DNA of 64,000 nt from Gammaproteobacteria bacterium (GTDB taxonomy: Bacteria > Pseudomonadota > Gammaproteobacteria > Pseudomonadales > Pseudohongiellaceae). The DNA lies in contig PBYU01000016.1 in NCBI GenBank assembly GCA_002730035.1, forward strand, positions 126,098 to 190,097, read 5' to 3'. The notes under the pieces were generated by a model. It was not told where the DNA came from, searched no databases, and saw only the letters and a list, made by a program, of their open reading frames with translations. The translations under genes and the position numbers were made by a program. Positions 39,974 through 50,705 of the stretch are shown here, piece after piece; position 1 is the first letter of the stretch; every line of letters starts with the position of its first letter.

Positions 39974-40567
39974 ATGACTGATATCGAACCTGTACCGGCA
40001 GCTACCGTCGTCTTGGTGCGCGAGCCACGGCCACAATCCGACATCGAGATTTTGTTGTTAAGACGTAACTCATCTCTGGTGTTTCATGGCGGTCATTGGG
40101 TTTTCCCCGGTGGTAGGATCGATGCCAGCGATTTCGAAGCTGGCAACGGTAATTTGGAGTATCCGGCTGCGCTGAATGCCGCAGTACGAGAAACGAAAGA
40201 AGAAGCCGGAATCGATATCGACGCAAGCCAGCTCATTCACACCGCCCACTGGACCACACCGCCACGCTTGCCGCGCCGATTCAGCACCTGGTTCTTCGTC
40301 TATCCGCTATTGAATGAAGTGTCGGTGAAAGTGGATAACGATGAAATTCTAGAGCATCGCTGGATATCGCCAACCGCTGCCCTGGCCGAAGCAGAAGCAG
40401 AGACGCTGGTGTTGCCGAGACCAACCAGGACGACTTTGCAGGACATCGCAACCCATCGGTCGCTGCAGGCGCTGATAGCCGCTGTAACTGAACGTAACAT
40501 AAGAGTCTTCCCTGCGGACTCCGAACACTATAAACCGCAAGAGATGGGATATTTGCCTGAGAGATAA
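39974..40567 (+). CDS. NUDIX hydrolase
   Basis: A Nudix box-like sequence is present: GGHWVFPGGRIDASD...AAVRETKEEAGID. Confidence 0.8.
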   Translation: MTDIEPVPAATVVLVREPRPQSDIEILLLRRNSSLVFHGGHWVFPGGRIDASDFEAGNGNLEYPAALNAAVRETKEEAGIDIDASQLIHTAHWTTPPRLPRRFSTWFFVYPLLNEVSVKVDNDEILEHRWISPTAALAEAEAETLVLPRPTRTTLQDIATHRSLQALIAAVTERNIRVFPADSEHYKPQEMGYLPER

Positions 40568-40921
40568 CAGAATTTCCCGCTCGGGACGTATACTCTTAAA
40601 GGCCGATGTGTGGCTATTTTCGGCCATTGTCGAGGCAGATTGAGGCATTACTCCGACTAACTGATTTAGCTGGGTTTTGTCCAGATTGGCGCCCTTAAAT
40701 CCTTGCTTTTCGGGGCGGGTTAATGGGATAGTTAAGGCCGTAATATTGAAATAATCTGCTGCGTCTGGCGGTCAGTAAAGACGTAACTCTGCGCGGAATC
40801 GCGCTGAGATTTGCCAGATAATTTATTCGGACTGACTACAGTAATCGAGTAGTATTCTGGTTGCAGATACGGGGCGCCGATAGCGCGGAAGCCTTCCCAC
40901 AAATCAGACACAAGAGTCTCT

Positions 40922-43900
40922 ATGTCTTCTCCCACATTCGAAAGTCTACGAGCTATCTTAAAGAGTCTTCGCCGCCGTCGCAGCAATCTATTTTTCCTCA
41001 AGCAAGGCAGCTACTTTGTAATAGGTGTTGCAACACTGGTGTTGGCAGTCAGTGGGCTTGCTGCCTGGCAGGAACTCGATAAGACAGGTATCACTGTTCT
41101 GTTTATCGTTTCGCTCGCCGGATTGGTTCTATTGCTGTGGCGCCTGGTGTGGGTATTGAATCGAAGTCATACCGATGATAGGCGTATGGCACATTATGTC
41201 GAAGATCATATTCCAGACCTGGAACAGCGCCTGCTTACCTCTCTGGAATTTACCGATGAAGATTTAGTCCACGGCAAGGCCGGAGTCTCCCAACAATTTA
41301 TTCAGCAGCTGTGGCAAGACGCACAGGCACATGTGCAGCAACAGCAGTACGAAGTGGAGACCGTCACTCCCGCGAAGGGTTCCTGGTTCTCATTCGGATC
41401 GGCTAGCGCCGTGGTAGCCATTGTAGTAGGCATCTTCCTGACCTCGGATATCCTGATGATTGCAGGTAGCCGGTTAGTCTGGCCGTTTGCTATCTCCGAG
41501 CCCACAGTGGTGGTGGAGGTTTTCGCAGACATTGAAATCAGTATCGAGCCCGGTGATCTGGAGATGCAACGTGGTGACAGCGTCACCATTATCGCCCGGG
41601 TCACCAATGCCATTCCCGGAGCGGTCAATTTACGCCTGCAGGATGACAATGTTAACTGGCGCGATGCGTCTATGAGTCGCGACGGTAGCGGCAGCGAGAG
41701 CGCTACTTATAGTTATTTCATCCCCGCCTTGCAGGAAGACACCACCTACTATGTCACCTTCAATGAACGGGGCGAGCACAATTCACCACAATACCAGATA
41801 GACCTGTTTGATCTGCCGCAGATCGAACAGATCGATCTGGCCTTCGATTATCCGGAGTACACCGAGATCGAGGATATCCTCGAGGAAGACAGCGGCGACA
41901 TGATTGTACCGGAAGGAACCCGTATTGACTTCACCGTGACGTTTAACAAGGCGATAGCCAGCGCCAACGTGGAATTCGATGAGAGTTATAGGGCGGATGA
42001 GGAAGAAGTAAATCCAAACCCGCCTTATCCAGATATCGAATTAAGTCTCGACGGCAATATCGGTACCGGTTCCTTCACCGTCAACCAGGATGGTGTGTAC
42101 CGCATCCATGCCACGGACTTCTCCGATCTCAGTAGCAAGAACCCGTTGGATTATTTTATTCGTGCCATCGAAGACACACCACCGGAATTGGCACTGCAGC
42201 GGCCCGGTCGCGACGAAGAAGTCATGCCGTTGGAAGAAGTCATATTGGAAGTGAGCGCCAGCGATGACTATGGGCTGAGCGAGTTTACACTGAACTACTC
42301 TGTGGTGGGCACTGGGGAGGTGGAAGTCGATTTTCTGCCGGAAGCTAATGTACGCAGTGTGTCTGGCAACGAGCTTATCTACCTGGAGGATCTCGAGGTA
42401 GAGCCAGGCGATTTTGTCAGCTACTTTCTAACCCTGGCTGATAACAACGGCCTGCAAGGACCGGCTGAAGTCATCTCCGACATCTATTTTCTACAGATCA
42501 TTCCTACCGATCAGGAATTCAGACGCAATCCCAGCATGAGTGGTGGGCAAGGCGCCGGCGGTGGTCAGGGTGGTGACAGCAGCGCACTGGTCAGTATTCA
42601 GAAAGATATTATTGCGGCAACTTGGAAGCTGAAGAACAGACAGAGCAAGGTGTCCCCCGAAGCGTTTTCCAACGATGCCGAAATCATCGCTGAGTCTCAA
42701 AAAGAGGCGACCGGTCGGGCGCGCATGTCCATAGATCGTCTGGTAGAGCGTTTGAATTTTTCCGACGATACCTATGATGCCGCGGTGGAGAACTTATCCC
42801 TTGCTATTGATCAGATGAACCTGGCAGCAGGCGAGCTGGACCTGGAGCAAGTTACCAGTGCCTTGCAACCGGAGCAGCTTGCGCTGCAACATCTACTCAG
42901 AGCAGAGGCGAGCATTAACCGCACCAACATCAGCATGCAGCAGGGTGGTGGTGGCGGAGGCGGCGGTGCCCAACAGGAAAGGGAAGATTTGCGGGAGCTG
43001 TTCGAGATGGAAATGGGACAGCTGGAGAATCGCTACGAAACTCCCAACAGCGCCGGTGGCGGTTCCCAAGAAAACCAGGAAGAGGTCAACAAGCTGGAAG
43101 AGCTGGCCCGACGCCAGGAAGGTCTGACCCGGGCGCAGCGCAATCTGGCACGTCGCGAAAAGCAGATGACAGAGGAACAGAAGCGCAGGGAGCTGGAGCG
43201 GTTGATGCGCCAACAGGAGCAGCTGAGCCGTGAAGTTGCGCAACTTGCACAGCAATTGTCGCGGGGTCAGCAGAGCTCGCAGTCTCAATCTCAGAGCGGT
43301 CAGCAATCCCAGTCCCAGTCCCAATCCCAATCTCAGTCTCAGGCACAGTCCTCTTCCAGTGGAGGCTCATCGGGCGGACAGCAGCAACCGCAGACTGCAT
43401 TAGAACGTGCGGCGCAACAGATGCAGGAAGCGGCCGAGAGCGAAACTGCTTCGATTGCGGCTGCGCGCAGCCAGAAAGCACTCGAGAATCTGCGCGAGCA
43501 GCAACGCGAGATGAACAAGGAAGGGGAACGCTCAGTTAATCAGCTGGCGCAAAATCTGGGACAGCGTGGCCAACAGCTGTTGCAACAACAGCGTGATCTG
43601 CAGGAATCATTGCAGGAAGCCACTCGTCAACAGGGTCTGGGCCAGACTCGCCAATCCGTACGCAGCGATGAAAGTATGCAGGAGCTGATTGAGTCACAAC
43701 AACAGCAACAGCGCGACCTGGAAGAGATCGAAGACATGTTGCGCGCCATCATCGCCCGTGGTGATAGCGACGATCAGCGCCTGATGTCACAAGCACAGGA
43801 GGCGTCGCGAGATCTGCGGCCTATAAGAGAAGAGATGCAGACCAGCAACCGTGTGCTTCGCAATGGCATGGTGAACTTATCGGTTGATATTGAACGAGAG

Positions 43901-44638
43901 CTGGAAGGCGAGATTGAAGATTTTGCCCAATCCCTGGCGGCGCTCAACCCGTCCCGTGGAGATTCTGCCTCGGATCAGATTCAACAGGCGGCACGCGATG
44001 CCGCAGACCTGCGGGAACAAATTGAAGCACTAGAACAACAGGCCCTGGCATTTAACGAGGCAGGTCAACAAGCCGGTGCTGGCACACCCAGCGTCAGAGA
44101 GCTGCGCGATCAGCTGCAGCGCTCCCAACAACTCGCGCAAAGCCTGCAGCAACAATTGCAGCAGCAGGCACAGGGTGGTGGTCAACAGCCGGGCGGTCAG
44201 CAACCAGGTGGTCAGCAACCGGGTGGTCAGCAATCCGGCGGGCAGCAGCCCGGCAGCCAACCGGGCGGGGCTAATGCCCAGGGGGGTCGACAACAGATAG
44301 GTGGCGCTCGTGGCGGAAACCAGGACCAGGCCGGCATCGGCGGCAGGGTCACTACCGACGGTAATAATTCACCATGGGGTAATGCTCGCTCGATTCGTCA
44401 GCAATTAACGCAGCAGGGTATAGAAGATTTCCTCAACCAGCCGGAGTTGTTCAGGGGGCTCTTGCAGCCGATCTTGGAACTGGAAGGCGCACTGCGCGCT
44501 CAGGCGGAACTGGATAATATCAATAACAAGCTATTTGCCACGGTAGATGAGGATGTGCCGGACGAGTATCGTGAACTCGTCGAAGAGTATTACCGTGTAT
44601 TGTCAGAGAATCCGGGGTCCGCTAACCAGGCCCAGTAA
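40922..44638 (+). CDS. DUF4175-type large membrane protein with a Gln-rich coiled-coil region
   Basis: It has two N-terminal TM helices, then a beta-rich region, then long Q/E/R-rich coiled coil with SQ and GGQQP repeats. The C-terminal EYRELVEEYYRVL motif is typical of this family. Confidence 0.75.
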   Translation: MSSPTFESLRAILKSLRRRRSNLFFLKQGSYFVIGVATLVLAVSGLAAWQELDKTGITVLFIVSLAGLVLLLWRLVWVLNRSHTDDRRMAHYVEDHIPDLEQRLLTSLEFTDEDLVHGKAGVSQQFIQQLWQDAQAHVQQQQYEVETVTPAKGSWFSFGSASAVVAIVVGIFLTSDILMIAGSRLVWPFAISEPTVVVEVFADIEISIEPGDLEMQRGDSVTIIARVTNAIPGAVNLRLQDDNVNWRDASMSRDGSGSESATYSYFIPALQEDTTYYVTFNERGEHNSPQYQIDLFDLPQIEQIDLAFDYPEYTEIEDILEEDSGDMIVPEGTRIDFTVTFNKAIASANVEFDESYRADEEEVNPNPPYPDIELSLDGNIGTGSFTVNQDGVYRIHATDFSDLSSKNPLDYFIRAIEDTPPELALQRPGRDEEVMPLEEVILEVSASDDYGLSEFTLNYSVVGTGEVEVDFLPEANVRSVSGNELIYLEDLEVEPGDFVSYFLTLADNNGLQGPAEVISDIYFLQIIPTDQEFRRNPSMSGGQGAGGGQGGDSSALVSIQKDIIAATWKLKNRQSKVSPEAFSNDAEIIAESQKEATGRARMSIDRLVERLNFSDDTYDAAVENLSLAIDQMNLAAGELDLEQVTSALQPEQLALQHLLRAEASINRTNISMQQGGGGGGGGAQQEREDLRELFEMEMGQLENRYETPNSAGGGSQENQEEVNKLEELARRQEGLTRAQRNLARREKQMTEEQKRRELERLMRQQEQLSREVAQLAQQLSRGQQSSQSQSQSGQQSQSQSQSQSQSQAQSSSSGGSSGGQQQPQTALERAAQQMQEAAESETASIAAARSQKALENLREQQREMNKEGERSVNQLAQNLGQRGQQLLQQQRDLQESLQEATRQQGLGQTRQSVRSDESMQELIESQQQQQRDLEEIEDMLRAIIARGDSDDQRLMSQAQEASRDLRPIREEMQTSNRVLRNGMVNLSVDIERELEGEIEDFAQSLAALNPSRGDSASDQIQQAARDAADLREQIEALEQQALAFNEAGQQAGAGTPSVRELRDQLQRSQQLAQSLQQQLQQQAQGGGQQPGGQQPGGQQPGGQQSGGQQPGSQPGGANAQGGRQQIGGARGGNQDQAGIGGRVTTDGNNSPWGNARSIRQQLTQQGIEDFLNQPELFRGLLQPILELEGALRAQAELDNINNKLFATVDEDVPDEYRELVEEYYRVLSENPGSANQAQ

Positions 44639-44640
44639 CA

Positions 44641-46944
44641 ATGCAATACACCATACCTAATCTTCTCACTGCACTCGAAGAAGGCACATTCAGCTTTGCC
44701 TACGGAATCAGTCCGTATTTATTCGCTGTTCTCGTTGTCCTGATCGTAGTCGGAGTGTGGCTGACCTACCTGAAAACCACTCGCCCACTGTCACCAGCCT
44801 GGAAATCCTTCTTCGTGGCTACGCGTTCCAGTGTACTGATCATCTTGCTGTTCTGTTTGCTTCGACCAGTGATTACTACACTGCAGGTGTCGCCGCAGGA
44901 GACTTATCTGGGAGTGCTCATCGATGACTCCCAGAGCATGTCCATCGCCGATTTAGATGGCGGTCAATCGCGGCAACAGCTTGTTGAGGAACAATTTTTC
45001 GATGACGGCCTGCTGGATGATTTAGGGTCGTCTTTTCAGATTCGCATCTTTCGGTTCGACAAGGATACCCAACGCTTTGCAGGTGTCGATGGCTTAACCG
45101 AAGCGGGCACAGCATCTTCCATAGACCAGGCACTGGGCTATGTCGACGATCAGCTAAATGGATTACCGCTAGGTGGCCTGGTGTTGATTAGCGATGGGGC
45201 GGATAACAGTGAGATCGATCCGGTGATCAAGGCACAGGAATTTGGCAATCGACAAATTCCGATCTTCACCGTCGGCGTTGGTCAGGAAGACATTCCCCAG
45301 GATATCGGCATCGTCGATGTCTCGGCTGCGAAAACCGTACTCGAGGGTTCGGTATTCGATGTACAGGTTGCATTGAACCATCAGGGCTACCAGGGGCAGG
45401 AAGTCGAACTCTCCATTATGGATGGAGAAACAGTAGTTGAGTCAGACGTGGTCATTCTGGGAGCGGAAGGTGTATCGCGGTACTTCGAACTGGAACTGAC
45501 TCCCGAGCGGCAGGAGTTGATTACCTACGACCTGCAAGTCGAACTGCAGAGCGGAGAGATAATCGAACAAAACAACCATTACAGTTTCCTGGTGGACAAT
45601 ACCGAAAAACAGGCACTCGATGTTTTATATATAGAAGGACACCCGCGTAACGAGTACAAGTTTATCCGGCGAGCTCTGGAAGACGATAACTCATTACGGT
45701 TGGCTACCTATTTACAAACCGGTCCCGAAAAATACTATCGGCAGGGTATAGAGTCACCGACTGAACTGAGCAGTGGCTTTCCCGAAGATCGGGAATCGCT
45801 CTACCAGTACGAGGCGATCATACTGGGGGATATCGAAAAGAATTTTTTCAATGCAGACCAACTGCAGATGCTTGAAGACTTCGTTGCCGAACGCGGCGGT
45901 GGATTTCTGATGAGCGGCATGGTGGATGAAGAGTTTGTCGGAACTCCGATTGCCGATATTTTACCTATTACTTTGGTCGAAGAGAATTTTCTGCAACCCC
46001 ACCTGCGTGGCGGAATTCGTCGTGGCGGGCATGCTACTGGCGAACTTTTCTATCCGCGGCTCACCAATAACGGTGAATTTTCCCCACTAATGAGGCTGGC
46101 CGGAGACGATTCCAGTAATCGTGCCCTATGGGGAGCACTACCTCAATTGCAGGGCGTTTATGTTAGCGGGCGCATCAAACCGGGTGCAACGGTGCTGCTG
46201 GAACACCCGCTATTAAACTATCAGGCGCAGGCACTGCCGCTAATCGCCTCCCAGCGCTATGGGAGCGGTCGTAGCATGTCTGTTACTACTGCCAGCACCT
46301 GGCGATGGCAGATGATGTTGCCCTCCGAGGATCAGTCTCACGAAACGATCTGGCGTCAATTGCTGCGTTGGTTATCGGTCTCTGCACCTGAACGGATAAG
46401 TATCGATTTCGATCGTGAGTTCTACAATGTGGGGGATGAAGTCAGTGTCACCACCACAGTACTGAATGACGAGTATGAGCCTGACAACGATGCCACGCTA
46501 TGGATGCAGACCACCGATCCACTCGATCAGATCACTGACACGCCGATGGAATGGGACATCGAAGAAGATGGCGTGTATCGGGCGAGTTTTACGGTGCAGG
46601 AAGAGGGGGTTTTCAGCCTGCTGGTGGACGTGGCCAGTGCAGCAGGAAATGCCAGTGCAGACAGCTCCGAGAAACGTGCGGCGTTTGTGGTTACTCCATC
46701 ATTGCGAGAATATACCAATGCGGAAATGGACTCTGGACTGTTGGCTCGTATCGCCGATGCCAGTGGCGGCGGCTACTTTAATCTGTCCGATTCAGCCGGG
46801 CTGACAGACGCTATAGAATTTACACCCAACACCTATTCACGCGAAGTGCAATTCGATCTCTGGGACCAGCCCTGGTTGCTGGCGCTGTTGATATTGATAA
46901 TGTGTATAGACTGGATTGCCAGACGTATGCGAGGACTGTCCTGA
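44641..46944 (+). CDS. Membrane protein with a vWA-like (MIDAS DDSQS) domain and a GATase1-like domain
   Basis: It has N-terminal TM helices and LGVLIDDSQSMS. A later block, LDVLYIEGHPRNEYKFIRRAL...YEAIILGDI, is followed by a C-terminal TM anchor. Confidence 0.75.
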   Translation: MQYTIPNLLTALEEGTFSFAYGISPYLFAVLVVLIVVGVWLTYLKTTRPLSPAWKSFFVATRSSVLIILLFCLLRPVITTLQVSPQETYLGVLIDDSQSMSIADLDGGQSRQQLVEEQFFDDGLLDDLGSSFQIRIFRFDKDTQRFAGVDGLTEAGTASSIDQALGYVDDQLNGLPLGGLVLISDGADNSEIDPVIKAQEFGNRQIPIFTVGVGQEDIPQDIGIVDVSAAKTVLEGSVFDVQVALNHQGYQGQEVELSIMDGETVVESDVVILGAEGVSRYFELELTPERQELITYDLQVELQSGEIIEQNNHYSFLVDNTEKQALDVLYIEGHPRNEYKFIRRALEDDNSLRLATYLQTGPEKYYRQGIESPTELSSGFPEDRESLYQYEAIILGDIEKNFFNADQLQMLEDFVAERGGGFLMSGMVDEEFVGTPIADILPITLVEENFLQPHLRGGIRRGGHATGELFYPRLTNNGEFSPLMRLAGDDSSNRALWGALPQLQGVYVSGRIKPGATVLLEHPLLNYQAQALPLIASQRYGSGRSMSVTTASTWRWQMMLPSEDQSHETIWRQLLRWLSVSAPERISIDFDREFYNVGDEVSVTTTVLNDEYEPDNDATLWMQTTDPLDQITDTPMEWDIEEDGVYRASFTVQEEGVFSLLVDVASAAGNASADSSEKRAAFVVTPSLREYTNAEMDSGLLARIADASGGGYFNLSDSAGLTDAIEFTPNTYSREVQFDLWDQPWLLALLILIMCIDWIARRMRGLS

Positions 46945-46945
46945 G

Positions 46946-48025
46946 ATGTGGTGGGTAGATAACGTGAATAACCGACTGAAACAGGCACTGCAATTAAGTT
47001 GCTGCTGCTGGTCGTTGCTTGGCATACAAAGCAATACCCAGGCGCAACTGTCCATCGAAAACAACACCAATTTCTTTCTCGACAGCCCCGAATCCACCAA
47101 GTACGCCGTAATCATGGCGGGCCCGTCGGCCGGCGAACAAAACCAGACGCGGTTTCGACAGTGGGCCTTCTCGTTGCACGACATCCTGGCACGGGACTAC
47201 GGCTACAGCTCCGACACGATTACCCTGCTGCTTGATCGGGGTGAGCAGGATTCCCCTGGTGGAGAACGCATCGACGGTGCCTGCGATCGAAACGGTATCG
47301 AACAGGGCCTGGCGACACTCAAAGCACGCGTCGAGACTGGTGATCAGATCACCCTGTACCTGATCGGTCACGGCTCCGGCGCAGAAGAAGAGGCCAAGTT
47401 CAATATCGTCGGTCCGGACATCACCGGCATTGAATTCGCAGGGATGCTCGACCAGTTCGATGAACAGGACATTGCAATAATTAATACCACCAGCGCCAGC
47501 TATGGTTTCTCCACCTCGCTGTCGGGCGAAGGGCGGGTGATTATCTCATCGACCCGCTCACCATCGGAACGCTATGACCCTATCTTCTCGCAGTACTTTA
47601 TCGAGGCGCTGGACAGTCGTAATGGCGATCGGGATAAAAACAATCGTGTTTCCATGCTGGAGGCCTTCGAATATGCCAAGAGTAATGTGCAAGCCTGGTA
47701 CGAAGAACAGGGCCGGCTAGCTCCAGAGCACGCCGGTCTGGACGACAACGGCGATGCGCTGTTTGCCCTGGAACCCACCCTGGATGCAGCGGACGGCAGA
47801 TTAGCGGAGATTGCCTATATCGACACTCTGCTGCTTAGTAATGAAGGACTGTCACCGGCGGCCCTTTCTCTGAAGGCAAAGATGCAGGAGTTGGAGCGCT
47901 CAGTATTTATTCTGCGTGGCCGCAAGGCCGATTATCTGGAAGCCGATTATTGGCAGCAGATGGAAGTGTTGCTGGTTGAGCTGGCACGCACAACAGGACA
48001 ATTCAATGAACAGACTACACAGTAA
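46946..48025 (+). CDS. Secreted legumain/peptidase C13-like (caspase-fold) protein with Ser at the expected catalytic Cys position
   Basis: It has a signal peptide (LQLSCCCWSLLGIQSNTQAQ). A His-Gly dyad lies in LYLIGHGSG. The downstream block IAIINTTSASYGF occupies the place where C13 enzymes carry ..SACxSG. Confidence 0.6.
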   Translation: MWWVDNVNNRLKQALQLSCCCWSLLGIQSNTQAQLSIENNTNFFLDSPESTKYAVIMAGPSAGEQNQTRFRQWAFSLHDILARDYGYSSDTITLLLDRGEQDSPGGERIDGACDRNGIEQGLATLKARVETGDQITLYLIGHGSGAEEEAKFNIVGPDITGIEFAGMLDQFDEQDIAIINTTSASYGFSTSLSGEGRVIISSTRSPSERYDPIFSQYFIEALDSRNGDRDKNNRVSMLEAFEYAKSNVQAWYEEQGRLAPEHAGLDDNGDALFALEPTLDAADGRLAEIAYIDTLLLSNEGLSPAALSLKAKMQELERSVFILRGRKADYLEADYWQQMEVLLVELARTTGQFNEQTTQ

Positions 48026-50705
48026 ATCGGTAGCACGACAATTCATCCTCGGGCTTGTCCTTCTCCCATGGTCATTACTGGTGTATGGGCAGGACAATTT
48101 GACCAATACGGGTGAGTCGCCTCTGCTGCGTGGCGAACAGTTAATGATGACGGGTTCCTATGCTGCCGCGAGTGACATCTTTCAGATGGCAGATGGCCTG
48201 GACCGCAACGATGGACTGGTAGGCGCCAGCAGAGCCTTCGCCATGATGGGCAACTACCAGCAAGCCATGGCAGTGGTGGAAGATGCCATAGAAGATGCTG
48301 AATATGCGCGCTTCCCCCTGTTAAGCACGCAGCTGGCGGAGGTTAAGAGAGGCATCGGGCAATCGTCGCAGGCACTGGCAATCCTGGAAGCTGTGGTGAG
48401 TGGACTGGTGGACCCCCCGGTGCGAGCACTGGTGCAGTACGGCAGTCTGCTGAAGCTGGTCGGCGAGAAGCAGGCCGCGAATGAGATACTCGATCAGGCC
48501 GTGCAGCGTTACAACGATGGGCTGGTATTCAGTTCTGAAGACGTGGCCATGGTGGCCCTGGCCAGCTGGCTAATGGATAGCTTTCATGATGCCAACAGCC
48601 TGTTTAACGAGGCGACCCGCGCCAACCCGAATAATCTCGAAGCCCATGTCCTGTGGGCTGACCTGTTCCTGGAGAAGTACAACGCCAGTGACGCCGAGCG
48701 TTCCTATCAGGAAGCTCTCGACATCAATAGTCGCTACACCCCGGCTCTGGTGGGTATCGCCAGGGTAGTTGGCGACGAGCGTGCACTGCAGCGGGCATTA
48801 GCGATCAATCCAAATTCCGTAGCGGCGCTGGAGACTTACGGTCAATTGCTGTTGATGAATAGCAGGGATGACGAGGCCCAGGACTACTTCAGCCGCGTGT
48901 TGGCACTCAATCCCGAATCGATCAAGACCCTCAGCGTGCTGGCTGCCCAGGCAGCCCTCAATGAGCGGACTGATGAGTACCAGCAATACCTGGCCCAGGT
49001 CGAGGCTTTCAGCCCCAATAATCCCCAGTTCCTCGGCGATGTGGCGGATGCCCACGGCAATAAATACCTCTTCGAGGAAGCTGTAGAGTACGCTAGGGCA
49101 GCCATCGAGGCCGACCCGCAATACTGGCAGGGCTACACCCTGCTGGGGAGCAACCTGATTCGACTGGGTGAAGAAGAAGAGGGCAAGGCCAATCTGGAGA
49201 TCGGCTTTGAGAATGACCCGTTTAACGTCATGACATCGAACATGCTGAAGGTGTTTGACACCTTGGATACCTACACCACTCAGGAAAGCGAGCACTTCAA
49301 AGTGCATATGAGCGAGAACGACGCCGATATCCTGTGGCCCTACCTCGAACCACTATTAGAAGAAGGCTGGGAAACATTGACAGCCAAGTACGACTTCGAA
49401 CCTGAAGGACCGATCCTGATAGAGGTGTTTGAGAAGACGGAGGATTTTGCCGTCCGTTCCGTAGGCTTGCCTGACATCGGGCCGCTGGTGGGCATCTGCT
49501 TCGGTAAGGTAATCACCCTCATTTCACCCGATACCCTGTCCGCCAACTGGCAGGAAATTGTATGGCACGAGTTCATGCACATCATTACCCTGCAGATGAC
49601 CGACAATCGCATGCCACGCTGGTTGTCCGAAGGCATCTCGGTGTGGGAAGAACGGGAAGGCCGACCCTACTGGGGTAGAAGCCAGGGTCTGGACCTGGTG
49701 CGTGCTGCCCGTGATGACAAGTTGTTACCGGTTGCCGAGCTCAACTCCGGCTTCTCCGGTGCCCGTAATAATGCCGATCTGGGATTCGCCTATTTTCAGT
49801 CCTACCTGGTGGTCGATTACATCACCGAGGCATACGGTTTCGACAAGCTGGTGGAACTGGTCAAGCAATACGCCTTTATAAAGGAAGACACTGACCGGTT
49901 TTCTGAAGTATTTGATCAGTCCTTGGGCGCATTCGATGCCGGTTTCAATGCCTGGATCGAGCAGCAGGTTGCAGAGATCAATGTGTATGTGCATACCGAG
50001 GATGTGCCGGATGAAGGCGAGGGGCACGGGCACGGAGTCCGTGAGAATTCCAGCGCAATTCTTGCGGAACTGTATAACAACGCTTCACTGAAACAACATA
50101 TGCGCGCACGCATCGAAGAAAACGAGCGTGACTTCCAGGCCTATCTGCAATTAGGCATCGTGCTGTTTAAGGAAGAGGGCTTCGAAGAGGCCAAGTTCTA
50201 TCTGCAAGCTGCCTACGAGATGCTACCCAGCTATACCGGTTACCCGAGCCCAGCGCTGGTGCTCTCACAAATCTATGAGAAGGAGCAGAACCGCGAAGCG
50301 CAGCTTGAATGGCTGGAGACGCTGCTGGAGAACCTGCAGCATGACTACGACTCGGCGATGGTGCTCGCCGATGCTGCCCTCGACCAGAGCAATCATGAGC
50401 GAGCCGCCTACTATATCGACCGTGCCATCCAGGTAGATCCCTATCGCAGCGGAGTGCACGAGTTAAAGGCACGCTATGCCGAGAGTATCGATGATAGCGC
50501 TCTGGCGGTTACCGAGTATGAAGTGCTGGTCAAGCTGGAAATCAATGATCCTGTTGAGGCCCGCACCAACTTAGCCGAAGCCTATCTGCGCAATGGTCAG
50601 ATCTCTGAAGCCAAGCAGAATGTGCTGTATGCGCTGGAGATCGCACCGAGTTTCCAACGCGCACAACAGGTCCTGCTGCAATCCGTCGACAGGGAAGAGA
50701 ATTAG
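48007..50705 (+). CDS. Secreted TPR-repeat protein with a peptidase MA (gluzincin)-like domain
   Basis: The start MNRLHSKSVARQFILGLVLLPWSLLVYGQ is a signal peptide. TPR-like repeats lie on both sides of the motif WHEFMHIITLQ...WLSEGISVWEE (HExxH plus a downstream Glu). Confidence 0.75.

Noticed and set aside
40732-41001. 89-aa minus-strand ORF overlapping the start of the DUF4175 gene.
   Set aside because: It is Arg-rich and featureless, and it overlaps the well-supported N-terminus (two TM helices) of the first operon gene. It is more likely non-coding promoter or leader DNA.
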